Assembly: GCA_024679065.1 (NCBI GenBank)
Contig: JAGIQG010000009.1
Location: 61,318,001-61,382,000, forward strand
DNA length: 64,000 nt
Direction of reading: 5' to 3'
Source of the DNA: Sphyrna mokarran
Lineage: Eukaryota
Part shown: positions 38,606-51,465 of the stretch, one piece after another
Numbering within the stretch: the first letter of the stretch is position 1
How the letters are laid out: every line of letters begins with the position of its first letter
The notes under the pieces: generated by a model
Told to the model about the DNA's origin: nothing
Databases searched by the model: none
What the model saw: the letters and a program-made list of their open reading frames with translations, nothing else
Translations under genes and position numbers: made by a program

Positions 38606-41559
38606 TTTCACTGTTGCACGTTAGGTTATGTGTAAGAAAGCTGAGGGTAATTGAACCCAGACTGAGAATTGACAATGCTACAGTAGAACCAAACTCTAAC
38701 AAAATTATAATTGCATTTACAATGATACTATAAGAATGAAATCTTTTTCTCAAGGTTTTTACTGACGTCACAGATTAATTACAATCTTGAAGGAATTTTA
38801 AAATTAGGGGAAACAGATAATGATTTTGCTATAGACAGCAGTCAAACATACCTTTATAATCCACAGACATTCCCTTGTGATAATGAGACCGATATTTCAA
38901 AAACACAGTGAAATCATATTCCCTGGATTGGAATAGTAGCTGTTCCAAATATTTAAAAGGGACAATCTTTAATAACAAAATATTGGCAGGTTTTTTTGTT
39001 TACAAATACACAGTAATTGAATTAAGTATACTCTCCTGGAAGAATTATGGATGATGATATTATGAAGTATAGAGGTTCAGAAATGGATCAGAATTATATC
39101 CGAGTCAGCTATATACACTTCTTCTCCTGAACAGAACCTACCGCAACCTTAATGAACACAGGTCAGAAAAGGAATTTGTGCCTTCAATAAGCAATTATTG
39201 CAGTATCCCTATGCTTTCTCAGCATGATGGGTTGTTGTTTTAATACCTACAGTACTGTGAAGCATCTTATATATGTAAAAAAATTCTGATTCAGAAATCC
39301 TAATTAAACTAAGTTAAAAGAAGTAAGCAATATTGAATGGATATCAATCTCAGGCAAGCCTGCTCACCGATGGCTTTATTTCATTGGGATAGGTAAAGAA
39401 AATTTGTGAATATGTCTTATCACAACTATGCCAGGGTTATAATAATGCATACTTGATACATTTGCTGTCTGCAAACAATATAGTTAGTGAATGTGAAATG
39501 AAAACACAGCTAAGAACAAAACATAACTGCAATATGACCAGAATGAAAAATAATGACATGCATTTTAGTTCAAAAGTAAAATACTGTCTTGCTTTTAATT
39601 GTGTTCAGAAATGATCACAGTTTCAAACTGATCCAAAATGCTGAAGCCTTTTGTACTGCATGTTTTTGATGGGCATGTTATAGCAAGGTCCTGAACTATT
39701 AACTGCTCTTTCTTTATAAGCCTGTACTTTCATCAGCTGTTGCTATTGTGCTGCTGCAGTCAAATTAATGGGAGTGCAAACAGTACATTTAACCATTAAC
39801 CTGTCAGCCATGTTTGCATGAAGTCTGCATTGGAATGGCAAATACTAAAACAGCAACAAACTCTGGCAATTGGATATATCGTTTGCCTCGCTAATCCTAT
39901 TTTAAATTAAAATCGTACAACACTGCAAGAAATTAATAATGAATCTATATGCTGCATCGATTTACAGCCTTAGAAATGGCAGAATTGCTTAACTGTATCT
40001 CAACAGTCACCAGGTGATGATCTGCTATTAAGGGAGGATCTAACCAACAGATTTCAACTCCCTTGAGATTGTAAACTTGCCCTCTGTCAATAAAAAAAAG
40101 CTGGTTAAATGATCCTTCTTTACCAGAGGATAAGTCTGTCTAAAGGGTCACTTAGCAATGACAATTGAAGAGATTTGAACAAAATCTTCTCAGTGGATCA
40201 GTAACTTGACTTGTGGTTTATCATCTTGGTGATGAACAACATAAAAGGAGTCTTTGGCTCTGCTGCACTAGCAATACCATTACACTTGTACAGGTATTTT
40301 CTGTATGTATGATGTGTGTGAACTGTACTCGATAATACTATCTGGAATAGTGTGATAAGATGCAGCAACATGCATCTGTTGGGTTGGCTTTGTGTTCTAC
40401 AAAACAAAATAAAATGACAACAAAGTCTGGATCAGCCTACATTGTGAATTCCCCCTAAGGCTATACAATCTTGTCACGGACATTTAATTGCAATGCAATT
40501 GCTGGCTGGGAAGTCGAGTTTTAATATTTAACCAGGTATTAGAGACAGAACTTGTAATATGTTTATTGTCTGAAGAGAAATACCAGCATTGTTACACAAT
40601 AACTTGGTGGCTCACTGAAACAGATCAGAGACCATCACTCTAACAATATCAGTCTTAACTGTTTTTTGCAATGTTGCTGCTTTCACACAGCACTTAACTT
40701 TGCAATTCATATGTAAAAGAAAATTATGCAAATAAAAAACCTCCATGAAATAAAACTTTATTTTTCAGCCAGAAGCTATCACCCATGTAACAATATCAAC
40801 TACACCCATAAGTGTTGCCATTGCCTCCAGAGATGCATATCTTCGAGAAGCAGAAGGAGACAGTATTTGAGAGAAGTTCTATTGTGGCACTGCTCTGGAA
40901 TTTAAGTGGAAGCTGAGAAGAAATCTTTTTTGCTGTGGCTTAATGAAATATTCTTTAACTGAATCAACAATTCTGCAGTGTTATATCTAGCAGCTGGATT
41001 GAGATTCAACAAATCCAAAACTAGCTTAAAGATAAAGAGACAATTTCACAATCTGTTTGACAATTTTTACTCAGTAAATCAAACTGCTTAGTTGCTCAGC
41101 CTACCTCACTGACCAGGGTTTAAAGTGCGAAAACAAGTAGCTTTATCTGGCAGTGCAATATAGTAATCAACTTGTTTAATCAGTGCTACAAGAATGCACG
41201 TCAGAATTGTGTTTGTGTGTATACCTATGTGTATATATATGTCTGTGTGTATGTGTGTGGTGTATATATGTTTTGTTTAGTTTATTTAAAAAAATTTTTT
41301 TTGTTTTTATTCCAATGCAATTAAATCAAATCCAATTCAGAGTCTCAATAAGTGAGACATTCCTGATCCAAGCTGTCAAGACAGAGCTCTCACCTCCTGT
41401 CTAGGGCTTGATCTATATGGAGTAGGCATAGCTCCTTCTCCAAGGCTTGAACTCATTTGCATGTTAGTCAAAAAGCCGAGATGCAGCTTTTAAAATTTGC
41501 TTCAAATGAAGCTAAAATGTAACCTAATGACTTCAACAAAGCACAGTATTAAGTAGAAT

Positions 41560-41836
41560 AAGTAGACTTACATTAACATTGCAATGATGTTATTGTGAAA
41601 ATCCCCGAGTTGCCACACTTTGGCACCTGTTTGGGTACACTAAGGGAGAATTTGGCATGGCCAATGCAGCTAATCAACATATTCAAACTGTGAGAGGAAA
41701 CTGGAGCACCCGGAGGAAATCCACACAGACATGGGGAGAACATGCAGACTCCATACAGACAGTGCCCAAGCAGGAATCAAAGCTGGGTCCCTGGTGCTGT
41801 GAGGCAGCAGTGCTAACTACATTGCCGTTGCGCCAT
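41560..41836 (-). mobile_element. HE1-like V-SINE
   Basis: Reverse complement of the same family (gaggaaactggagcacccggaggaaatcc...gaggcagcagtgctaac). Confidence 0.85.
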
Positions 41837-42250
41837 CCATGTGTGCACAGATGTGTATGTGCTTGGATGTGTCTGTGTGGTTTGTGTGGTACATGTATCT
41901 ATGTATGTGTGTGCGTGTGATGTGTATAATATGTGTGTATGTGTGATGTATGTGTGTTCGGGTATGTATGTGTGTGATGTATTGGTGTGTGTATCTGTGT
42001 GTGTTGTGTGTCTTTGTGTATGGGTAGTGTGTCTGTGTGTGTGGGTGGGTGGTGCGTGTATTGTGTATATCTGTGTGTGTGTCTGGTCTGCAGTGTATGT
42101 ACCTGTGCATATGCGGTCTGTAGTGTGTGTATCTGTGTTTGTGGTGTGTGTGTGAGTGTGTACATGTGTGATGTGTGTACGAGGGGGGCAGTGTGTGTCG
42201 AGGATGATGTGTGTATCTATGAGTATGTGTGTGTGTTTTTGTATGCATGG
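41836..42250. repeat. Degenerate (TG)n/(TGTA)n low-complexity tract
   Basis: Read directly. It generates the spurious VC- and HT-rich ORFs. Confidence 0.9.
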
Positions 42251-42609
42251 TTGGAGATGTTTGTTGCTATTTTAAGGTGCGTAAAATTCTGAAGATCAAA
42301 GTCAAACAGTAGAGTTGCACATGCTCCTAACTCGGTGCTCTAATGAGAGACTTTTTTCCTTGGACATTATAAGGCACAGGCCTGTTTTTTCTGTTATGAT
42401 CCTAGGGTCCCAACTGTGCCATCCCTGGAGTTCCTCACAGGAGCTAGTTACCGGTTGTGACAGTTCCTTGCATAATCATAACTCTTTTTCTGGTTTTCTT
42501 TTTAAGATTCCCCTCTCCCTGTCAGGTTTGGTAACAGTAGTCCTAATCCTATCTGAAGCTTTCATTCTATTAATAACTCTGCTGGGGCAATTCCTGTCAT
42601 TGTGTGAGG

Positions 42610-44720
42610 GGTAGTCCTGTAGTCGAATAAAAGTTGCACCAGTTTGGTCTCTATGGGTGCCTTGGCTGCTTCTTCATGCCCAGCTTAAAAATCTGCACCA
42701 TCGGCTCAGCCAACTTATTTGATGACAGGATAAGGTGCTGTCCTAATGTGTTTGATTCCATTGGAAAGCATGAAATTTGGTGCTTGTAAAGGCAGAGTAT
42801 CAACAGAGATCAGGATTTCAGGTATCCCATGTGTGCAGAAAAACTATTGAAGTTTATCAGTGATAGTATGGGAAGTATTGGTGTGTATCTGTGTGTGTGT
42901 ATTGTGTGGATGGAACTCATGCAATATATCTCCATCTATACATGTCAACCATAATTAAGGACACAGAACCCATAAAAAGCCCAGTGAAGTCCACTTCTAC
43001 TCTTACCCAGGGCCTACCAGGCCATTCCCATGGATGTAGGGAGGCTGAAGAGGGGTGTGTTTGATTCTCTTGGCACAACTCACACTGTATAACCAAGTTG
43101 GTAATGTCTGCATCAAGATTGGGCCACCACATATAGCTCTTAGTTAGCATTTTTATCTTTGAAATCCCAGGGTGATTATGGTGTAATTCCATAAATATTG
43201 GACATTGCCCTTGGCAAGGGACCCCAAAAATCTCAGAGGATGATGCCATCGTCAACACTGAGCTCGTCTTTTTTTTGTCATGTCGTGTTTATTTAATCTG
43301 ATGGCTGTCCTCTGAATCCCCCATGTAATATTATATGTTTTAACTTAGATAAGGGTGGGTCCTTTTCCACCCAGGCCTTGATTTGCCTTGCAGACACCTG
43401 CAAGGTAACCACAAAATTGAGGATCTTCATGACCTCTTCCACAGCTGGTAACAAAGCCAGGCCAATGGGACATGGCAGATGACTCAGTGCATCAGTATTA
43501 GCTATCCAGGGCCTGGGACGATACCCAAGGAGATATTCATAAGCTGCCAGTAACAAAGTCCAATGCTGTATCTGGGTGGAAGCAATGGGGGGTATTGTGT
43601 TGTCTTCTTTAAAAAGTGCCAGCAATGGCTTATGATCAGTTATTATATGAATCATCTACCTTAGACATATTGATGGAATATTTTAACACTGAAGATACTG
43701 CCAACCCTATTTCTCAATTGGGAGTACCTCTGCTCAGTGTCCAAAAGGGTCCTAGACTCCTATGCAATTGGCTTCTCTGTTCCATGCCTCCAGTAATGTG
43801 CCAGTGCCACTCCCACTCCCACTCCACCCCAACCCTGTAAGGGAAGGCATCACATATCAAGATAAGGTTCTTTTTGAGTTCAAAATGGACCCATAACTGA
43901 GATCAACCATTTCTGTTTAGCGGTGTTGAAAGCTTTCAGCTGTGTTTCTTCCCAGGACTACCCTTGATGTTACTGTGGTAAGGTATGCAAGGAGGCCAAT
44001 AAGAAGCTAAATTCAGAGTAAATTTCCCATAATAATTCACTAACCCTATGGGATTGCTTGGAGGTGGCAGCTCCTTAATGGCCCTCGCTTTGCCTTCCAC
44101 TGGATGAAGGTCCTTGCCATCCACCTAATATCCTAAATAGGTCATGCATCATGCTTGGAAGACACATTTTTCTCTTTTTAGGCATACCCACACTTCCAAA
44201 AATCGCTGTAAGAAGACCTCTTCCAGGTTTGCTAGGCATTCTCATTCGGAAGTTCCTGTGACCAATACAGTGCTACCTGGGGTAATCTTTGGAGTATGTT
44301 TTCCATGATTCATTGAAAAATGGTGCATGCAGATGAGACCCCAAATGACAGGTGAGTGTACTTGTGTGTATTAGTCGTCACGTACTTTTGGGACAACTTG
44401 TCTAATTCAAGTTGGAGATATGCATGGCTCATGTCCAACTTCAAAAATGCTTAGTTCCCCTCCCCCAATTAACCTGAATCACAGGTCTTCAATCTGGAGC
44501 ACGGGATATCTGTGAAGTTTAGAAACCCCATTGATAGTAAGCTTATAGTCTCTTTAAGGATAACAATAATAGGTGCGGCTCACTCTGTGAATTGTATTGG
44601 TCTTATTATGCCCAGTTTTTTTCAAGTGTTTCAGTTCCAATTCTAGATATCACAATGGATTTTTTCTAGGTCCAAATTGGTTCTGCCAATTTTTTTTGGC
44701 CCATCATATTGCTAATTTCA
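42610..44720 (-). mobile_element. Decayed Ty3/Gypsy pol (RT, RNase H, integrase)
   Basis: RT FLKLDMSHAYLQLEL..LSFGVSSA, GLVNYYGKF, RNase H TDHKPLLALF and integrase zinc-binding HPGISKIK..YMWWPNLD..CELCQ..WEWPGRPW..DF. Many stops and frameshifts. Confidence 0.88.
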
Positions 44721-44744
44721 CAGACCAGTTTATCTTGTAATATG

Positions 44745-45190
44745 ATGGATTGAGTTATAAGGAGAGGTTGGATAGACTGGGAGTTTTTTCTCTGGAGTGT
44801 AGAAGACTGAGGGATGATCTTACAGAGCTCTATAAAATAATGAGAGGCACAGATCAACTAGATAGTCAATACCTTTTCCCAAAGGTAGGATAGTCTAAAA
44901 CTTTAAAGTGAGAAGGGAGAGGTATAAAAGTATCCAGAGGGGCAATTTTTCACACAGAGGGTGGTGAGTTTCTGGAACAAGCTGCCAGAGGTAGTTGCAG
45001 ATGGGGTACAACTTTGTCTTTTAGAAAGCATTTAGATAGTTATGTGGGTACATTGGGTATAGAGAGATATGGGCCAAATGCGGGCAATTGGGATTAGTTT
45101 AGGAGTATTAAAAAAGAAAGAGCGGCACGGACAAGTTGGGCTGAAGGGCCTATTTCCATGCTGTAAATGTCAGTGGCTCTATGACTCTGT
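44745..45190 (+). mobile_element. CR1 LINE 3' fragment
   Basis: gagttataaggagaggttggatagactggg...gggcctatttccatgctgta...ctctatgactct. Confidence 0.8.
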
Positions 45191-45221
45191 AAGAAAATTG
45201 TCCACTCCAAATGTCAGCCCA

Positions 45222-45446
45222 GTAGAACAATAGTTAATGTGGGACTGGAGAATGATACCGCTTATAGTATGATACATATAGCAACATGGTCAGAGAACAG
45301 TCTAGAACAGAACTTTGTAAGCAGCTAGATTGGTGGAAGCCCATAGTTGGAACTGTAAATAGTTAAAGTGTATCAATAAAGATGCTTATATTTATTTACC
45401 ACACAAACCTTAAGATCTCATCAATGAACAACCAGCACAGCAACAT
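45222..45446 (+). mobile_element. Possible solo LTR related to the 54.4-kb and 58-kb LTRs
   Basis: ttaatgtgggactgg..gtctaga..aataaa..caaca is weakly similar to the reverse complement of those LTRs. Confidence 0.35.
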
Positions 45447-45744
45447 AAAGAGTCCATATTGTGTATATAATTGACATAGAAAACCATTAGAAAATACATG
45501 TACAATTCCTCCTCTCCCCTCCCAGTTGATGATTCTGCCATCTTTTAACTTGTTTGTGGTGTAACTTCAGCCAAAAATGAGTTGCTGTAATGGTCAGTTA
45601 GTTTCTTTCTCTTAGGTCCTTGAGTATTGCTGATTTGTTCATGAATGGCATTTGTCTCATTTTTCTTTTTTGGATTTTTATTCTGCTCAAATTGGCTAGC
45701 ATATTTAATAATAAACAGGAATGTTTATAGATTTAGTGTTACAA

Positions 45745-46234
45745 GTAGACTTATATTAACACTGCAATGAAGTTACTGTGAAAATCCCAGCACCTGTTGG
45801 GGTACACCGAGGGAGAATTTAGCACAGTGAATACTCCTAACTGGTACGTCTGTGAGGAGTTTGCATGTTCTCCTCGTGTCTACATGGGTTTCCTCCAGGT
45901 GCTCTGGTTTTCTCTCCACAGTTCAAAGCTGTATGTGTTAGATTGATTGGCCATGCTAAATTAACCCTAGTGTCAGGGGGATTAGCAGGGTAAATATGTA
46001 GGCTTATGGGAAAAGGGCCTGGGTGGACGGTGCGGACTTGAAGGGCCAAATATTCCTCCTTCTCTGCAGTTGGGATTTTATGATGATCTATGATCTTTGT
46101 GACTATGGGGGGAAACTGGAGAAAACGCATGCAGACATGAAGACAACATGCAGATTCCACATAGACAGTCACCTAAGGCTGGAATTGAACCCGGGTCTTT
46201 GGCATAGTGTTAACCACTGCGTCACTGTGTCATC
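45745..46234. mobile_element. Nested HE1-like V-SINEs: a + copy (about 45850-46095) inside a - copy
   Basis: Minus-strand tail at 45745-45850, then a plus-strand V domain and tail, then the minus-strand V domain and head at 46098-46234. Confidence 0.75.
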
Positions 46235-47178
46235 CTTAAAAAGCCTCTCAGACATTCAATTAGATCGTGGACTGATCAGTACCTCAACTCTACTTATCCA
46301 CTTAGTGCATACACCTTAATACCTTTACTTAATAAAAAAATGATCAATCTCAGTCTGGAAATTTTCAATAGATCCAGCATCCCCAGTCTTTGAGGGAAGA
46401 AAATTCCAGATATTTATCTAAACTACAACGAATGATTTCAAAAATAATTCCTAGGATGTGAAAGGCTTTGGAATGTCTTGAGGATTTGGAAAATGATATA
46501 TAAATTCCTGCTCTCATTATTTGAAAAAATGCAACTGAATTATTTCGGGTTGAGTCACGCATTGAGAAGACCCAGGATAGCCCTGTTAGCATCACTTCAG
46601 TTAGTGACATTGGCTTCTTGTTACTCATCTCAGCTCCATCACTGGATAGAGAAGGTTTCATTGAATAGAAAGACAGTTGTGTGCCTGATGAAGTGCCCAC
46701 AGGAGCAACCTTGCCTGATAAGCCTAAACTACGATGAAAGTATGTAAAGCAATGCATCTGGTGGCTCTTTTATGCTGTTAGACTTGTCGAATTACCCAAA
46801 AATGTCAAATCGACAATCTCAAGAGTGTGCTGTAATCTGCACACGATCATTGATAAAGTTATCTAGTGTGAGGTACTGGTTCATATTGGTTTTATAGAGA
46901 CCAAGGCAATTCTGCTAAAGACTCAGCAAAGATGGCTGGGGCCACCTTGAAGGTTACTGGCTGACATGTGAACTGTGTTTTATGTGGACAATGTCCATCC
47001 ACATTTGCAGATCAACACGTAGGGATTCAAGTAATCTCTGGATCGCAAGCAGAATTTCTTGAGTGTATCACATTTTCCTGAGATCAGGAAATCCTACCTA
47101 AAGCAAACAGTTCTCTAATACCAGCTAAAGGAGGACAGACATCCCTGTATAGGATTATTCGATTGTAAGAACAACATA

Positions 47179-47298
47179 GGCTGGAATTTTTCAGCCACTC
47201 GCATCCCTGCAAGAGAGGACAGAGAATTTGGTGCTCAGCCAAATCTCCGTTCACTGCAGTGGGACCAGAGAACCCCATTGGCATGAATTTTTCAGCCT
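47179..47298 (-). mobile_element. MITE-like element, sister of 25627-25763
   Basis: cagagaatttggtgctcagccaaatctccgttcactgcagtgggac matches the reverse complement of about 25668-25714. Confidence 0.6.
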
Positions 47299-47334
47299 AC
47301 AACGAGAAATAAATTAAGGAACATTGAAACCAAA

Positions 47335-47722
47335 AAGATCTTCCATTTGTATTACACTTTCATGACTTCAGGATGTTCCATAGAACTTTGCATTACTTTT
47401 GAAGATGTAGCCACTGTTGTAATTTAGGGAAACATGGCAAACAAATTCCATAAATAGGAATGAAATAAATGACTGACTATAATGTTTTGGTGTTGGTTGT
47501 GGGAGAAATGCCAAACAGGACATCAGGAGGATTCTCTTGCCCCTTCTTCAAATAGAATTGTGGCATTGCTTACATCCACATGAGAGGACATCTTGCTTAA
47601 ACTTTAATCTAAAAATAGGTACCTTCAACAGTGCAGTATTGAGATTATGTGCTGTAGTAAGGCTTGAACCTACAATGTTTTGACTCAGATTCTGAGAGCA
47701 CTAACAGTAGTGTGAGGCTGAC
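47335..47722 (-). mobile_element. Deu-domain SINE (SacSINE1-like), near full length and decayed
   Basis: Reverse complement shows a tRNA-like head, the Deu core and the 3' tail in order. Confidence 0.6.
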
Positions 47723-48951
47723 TGATTCATGTGATAGGTTACCATTGAGCAGGCTGGATATCATTTTAATGGGCAGTAGAGGACATTGTAGTTTTTAGTT
47801 AGACGTGCATATGGGGGCTGCTGAGTTAACGTTGCCCCATTTACATTTACTGCTAAATGCTAAATTGACTCCTATTGTGTGTAAAGCTGCATAACCGAAA
47901 TGGAAAAATCATAAGAAGGAGACAAATTGGTGACCAAACTACACCAAGAAACTTGCAATTTACATGTGCTGAATGTGAGAACGCTCATCTCTCACATTTT
48001 GAACCAATGAACTTTACAAAGTTTTGGGAAGAAACATACTGACCACCCCAAAGCCCCAGGCATTAATCAAATCCTTAATCTATATGGCATTGTCACTCTG
48101 AAAGACAGCTAGCTACTGGTGGAGAATAGTCTAAAATGTTGCTCCATTTTTTACAGTCGGCCTTTGCCCTTTTAGAATTAGAACTAAGCAGAAACCGTGT
48201 CGAGCCTGTTTGGAGATTGTCACAAAAAATGCCCGGTATGTTTACATCACAGATATATTCTGATCTGTTCGCATGAAAACCCAACAACTGTTTGTCAAAG
48301 GGTGATTGACATTGTAAGGAGCCAATCAAAAAACAAGACGATAGCAGTACAAGATAATCTTATCAGAAGGCTTTCTTCCTCCAGATAATTATATACTTCA
48401 GCTTTATATTTTTGTGCTCTACTCTCGAGGTTAGAGTAGGTAATTTGCCAGGTGAAGAAACCAGACTTTAAAGGCATTGGAGGCAGAATGTAGTGAATTC
48501 TGACCAGTTAAACAATAAAGATTAAAAAAAGGAAATTAGTGCAAAAATGTTCAAGTGGCTTCGACCCACACCAATCAGCATGAAGCCATGGGTACGAACA
48601 TAGTCTGGACAGATAGGATCATAGTTGCCTTTTTGTCAAGATTTTTGAGAGACATTTTGTTCTGGCAAGAAATGTTTGGATGTCGAAGGCTTGAGGGTCA
48701 ATTGCTTCATGTTTCTAGATTGTCAGTGACACCATCAACCTATTTAGACACATGGGAATGGATTTTAAATTGTGCGGTGTAGTCAATTTGGGTGAGTCAG
48801 ACACACACTCACGTGCCTATCATTGAAGGAGGAGGAGAAAAGTTGAGGCTGGAAGGCAGAACATCTGGTGCCTTTTGGTGACTCCTGTAGCAACTGCAAC
48901 TCATCCCCCATCCACCAGTTCAGAATCAGCTGCTCCCAAAAGTATGGGAGT

Positions 48952-49460
48952 TTTGATTTGATTTGATTTATTATTGTCACAAATATAAAGGGATGTGGGC
49001 CAACTGCGGACAATTGGGATTAGCTTAGGAGTTTAAAAAAAGGGCAGCATGGACAAGTTGAGCTGTAGGATCTGTTTCCATGCTGTAAACCTCTATGACG
49101 CTATGGCTCCAGTATACAGTAAAAAGTATTGTTCCTTGCATGCGATACAGACAAAGCATACTGTTCATAGAGAATGAAAGAAGTACAGAATGTAGCATTA
49201 CAGTCACACTGAGGTGTAGAGAAAGATCAACTTAGTGGGAAGTAGGTTCATTCAAAAGTCTGATGACAGCAGCAGGGAAGAAACTGTTCTTGAGTCGGTT
49301 GGTATGTGACCCCAGACTTTTGCTTCTTTTCCCAATGGAAAAAGGTGAAAGGTTGCGTGGGTTCTTAATTATGCTGGCTGCTTTTCTGAGGCAGCAAGAA
49401 CTGTAGATAGTAGAGGGAGGCTAGTTTGTGTGGTGGATTGGGCTACATTCATAACTTTTG
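48952..49460 (-). mobile_element. Rex/Babar-type LINE 3' end with an inserted CR1 tail (about 48985-49108, +)
   Basis: Reverse-complement match to 36230-36540, with a (GATTT)n tail. Confidence 0.65.
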
Positions 49461-49462
49461 TA

Positions 49463-50130
49463 GAGAGGTTGTCACGGTTTGATGATAACTTACTGTGTAC
49501 CTCATCAAAGCTGCGACTGAATGACAGGAGTTTCTCACACCACAGAACAGGAAGAAAAGCCTCTTCATCAAATCAGACAATATTGGATGGAAGTGATGGA
49601 GGAAGTTAGTAGCCATGGGTTTGACTGCAGGATATGACTACAGTGCCATAAGAAGCTAAATGACTTTTCCGTTCCGAAGTGCGAGTGACAAACTTAATTC
49701 CTGATGGGATGATGTGCAAATGGGAAATGAATCAATGAATGGTCAATGATCAAAATGCACACACAAGGAGCTCCAGCACACTGCATAACTTCAGGGCAAA
49801 AGGTCATATGTGAGGAGCACTACCCAGTGATAGAGTTAGGCACCATAAATTGTGACATAATCCTGAGAGCATGAACTCTCCAGACATGAGGTTCACCATT
49901 CTTCCATTTTCTTTGCAGGAGAAGAGGGCCCACAAAGGCAGCAAATAGTCAAGATCCAATAAGAATTTGCCCAAGTCAGCATTTAAGAAGCAAATGGGGG
50001 AGGACTTGCTCAGCTATCCCAATAACCAGGAGTGCAGATCCATGGGGCGGGGAGAGGCTGAAGTTTGGGTTGATGGGTGGGCAGATGAGAATCGGAGAGT
50101 CAATCACTTAGCTGAGGGGGTGAGTGACAA
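49463..50130 (+). mobile_element. Decayed Myb/SANT-like gene of a PIF/Harbinger-type transposon
   Basis: Peptides IRQYWMEVMEEVSSHG and LQCHKKLNDF, then an acceptor ttttctttgcag|GAGAAGAGGGCCCAC (EKRAH). Confidence 0.45.
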
Positions 50131-50279
50131 TGTTGCATTGGCAAAAGACGAAATATGTCCCATCGAAAGGCTGGCAGAATATTACTCTGTGTCCTAGGTT
50201 AAATAGCAGAAGTAATCCCCTGGTCAACTACATCTGAAGCACAGAGCACTGCCAGTCTTTATGTCTTTTCTGTAAAGTT

Positions 50280-51000
50280 GCTAGGTTTTATGGAAATAAT
50301 GGGAAAGGACTGTCACGTTGAACTGTTTACTGAGATACTTTAGCAGCTCTTACATGCTGTGTGTCTGCCCATCAATCAAGATCTGCACAAACCCAGTTCA
50401 CCTAATAAAGTACTTCTAAGTCTCCACCATTCCATGAAGATGGTTTAACTGGTCCTAGCTGACACACCCAATGCTAAGGTTTTCAGCATCCTGGATGCAG
50501 TATGCATATTCTGACAAATCCAGCTGGATAAAGAATCTTCTAAATTCACTATGTTCATATAATCAGTGGGCAGATACAGGTTCCCCTACATGCACTATAG
50601 TATCTTCACTCTCTGCGAGCGTTCCAATGGTCTTTGGAACTGCTCCTTGCAGGGCAACCTTGTGAAGTCATTGTCGATGACGTTTTGATCTGGAGTTGTG
50701 AAATACGAAAACATGATGCATGGCCATGCTTGGTCTTGAACATGATCACAACCTGATAGTTGAAGCTCAACCAATGCTAAATGCAGATTCAGGGTGAGGC
50801 AAGTCCCCTACATGGATAACCTGCTTACCACCAATGGTGTGAAAATGGACCCAGATAATACAATGGTTTCACAGCCAATGCCCTCTCCTGAGGACAAACA
50901 TGTCCTACAGTGTTTCCTCAATCTGACAAATTAGTTATCTAATTCCCTGTTACAGTAAAATGACTGGACCCCTCCATCAACTTCTCCAGAAAGTAGGATG
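50280..51000 (+). mobile_element. Decayed Gypsy RT fragment
   Basis: Peptides FSILDA, IVDDVLIW and KCRFRVRQVPYMDNLLTTNGVKMDPD. Confidence 0.7.
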
Positions 51001-51317
51001 GCAGGCAGGATATAGAATGGTATGGACAGGATGGTGGGATGAGGAATGCAATAATTCAGCATCATGGAATGAGTAATACACACACGGTGGGTTTGATCTT
51101 ACTGGCCACTGGCGCTCCGCTGCTAGTGCAGTGAAGACAGAAAGTTTACGCTCAGAGAATACCGCTGGTGTGAATGGCCAGAAAATTCTGTCCAGTGATG
51201 GAATGGGGATTATATAGATTGATGTGCCTAGAAATTAACCGTATGATAAATGAACTGCTGTGCCCAGCAGTAAGTACATTTCAGAATATTTCATTTAGTG
51301 TGAAGCACATTGAGACT

Positions 51318-51465
51318 TCTGCCCCCAATGGCGTCACATCCTACCTCCAATGGTGTCACTCCCTAATCCCAATGACATTGCATCCTGCCCTCAATGACAT
51401 CACATCCTGCTCTCATTGCTATCACAGCTTGCTCCTCAAGGTGTAACGCCCCACCCCGATGACAT
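51318..51465. repeat. Degenerate tandem repeat of about 21-22 bp, about 6-7 copies
   Basis: Units resembling CCCCAATGACATCACATCCTG recur. Confidence 0.65.

Noticed and set aside
41817-42292. His/Thr-rich and Cys/Val-rich ORFs
   Set aside because: They are translations of TG-rich low-complexity DNA.
42610-44720. Domesticated or active retrotransposon gene
   Set aside because: It has multiple stops, frameshifts and deletions, and I could not find the RT catalytic YxDD segment.
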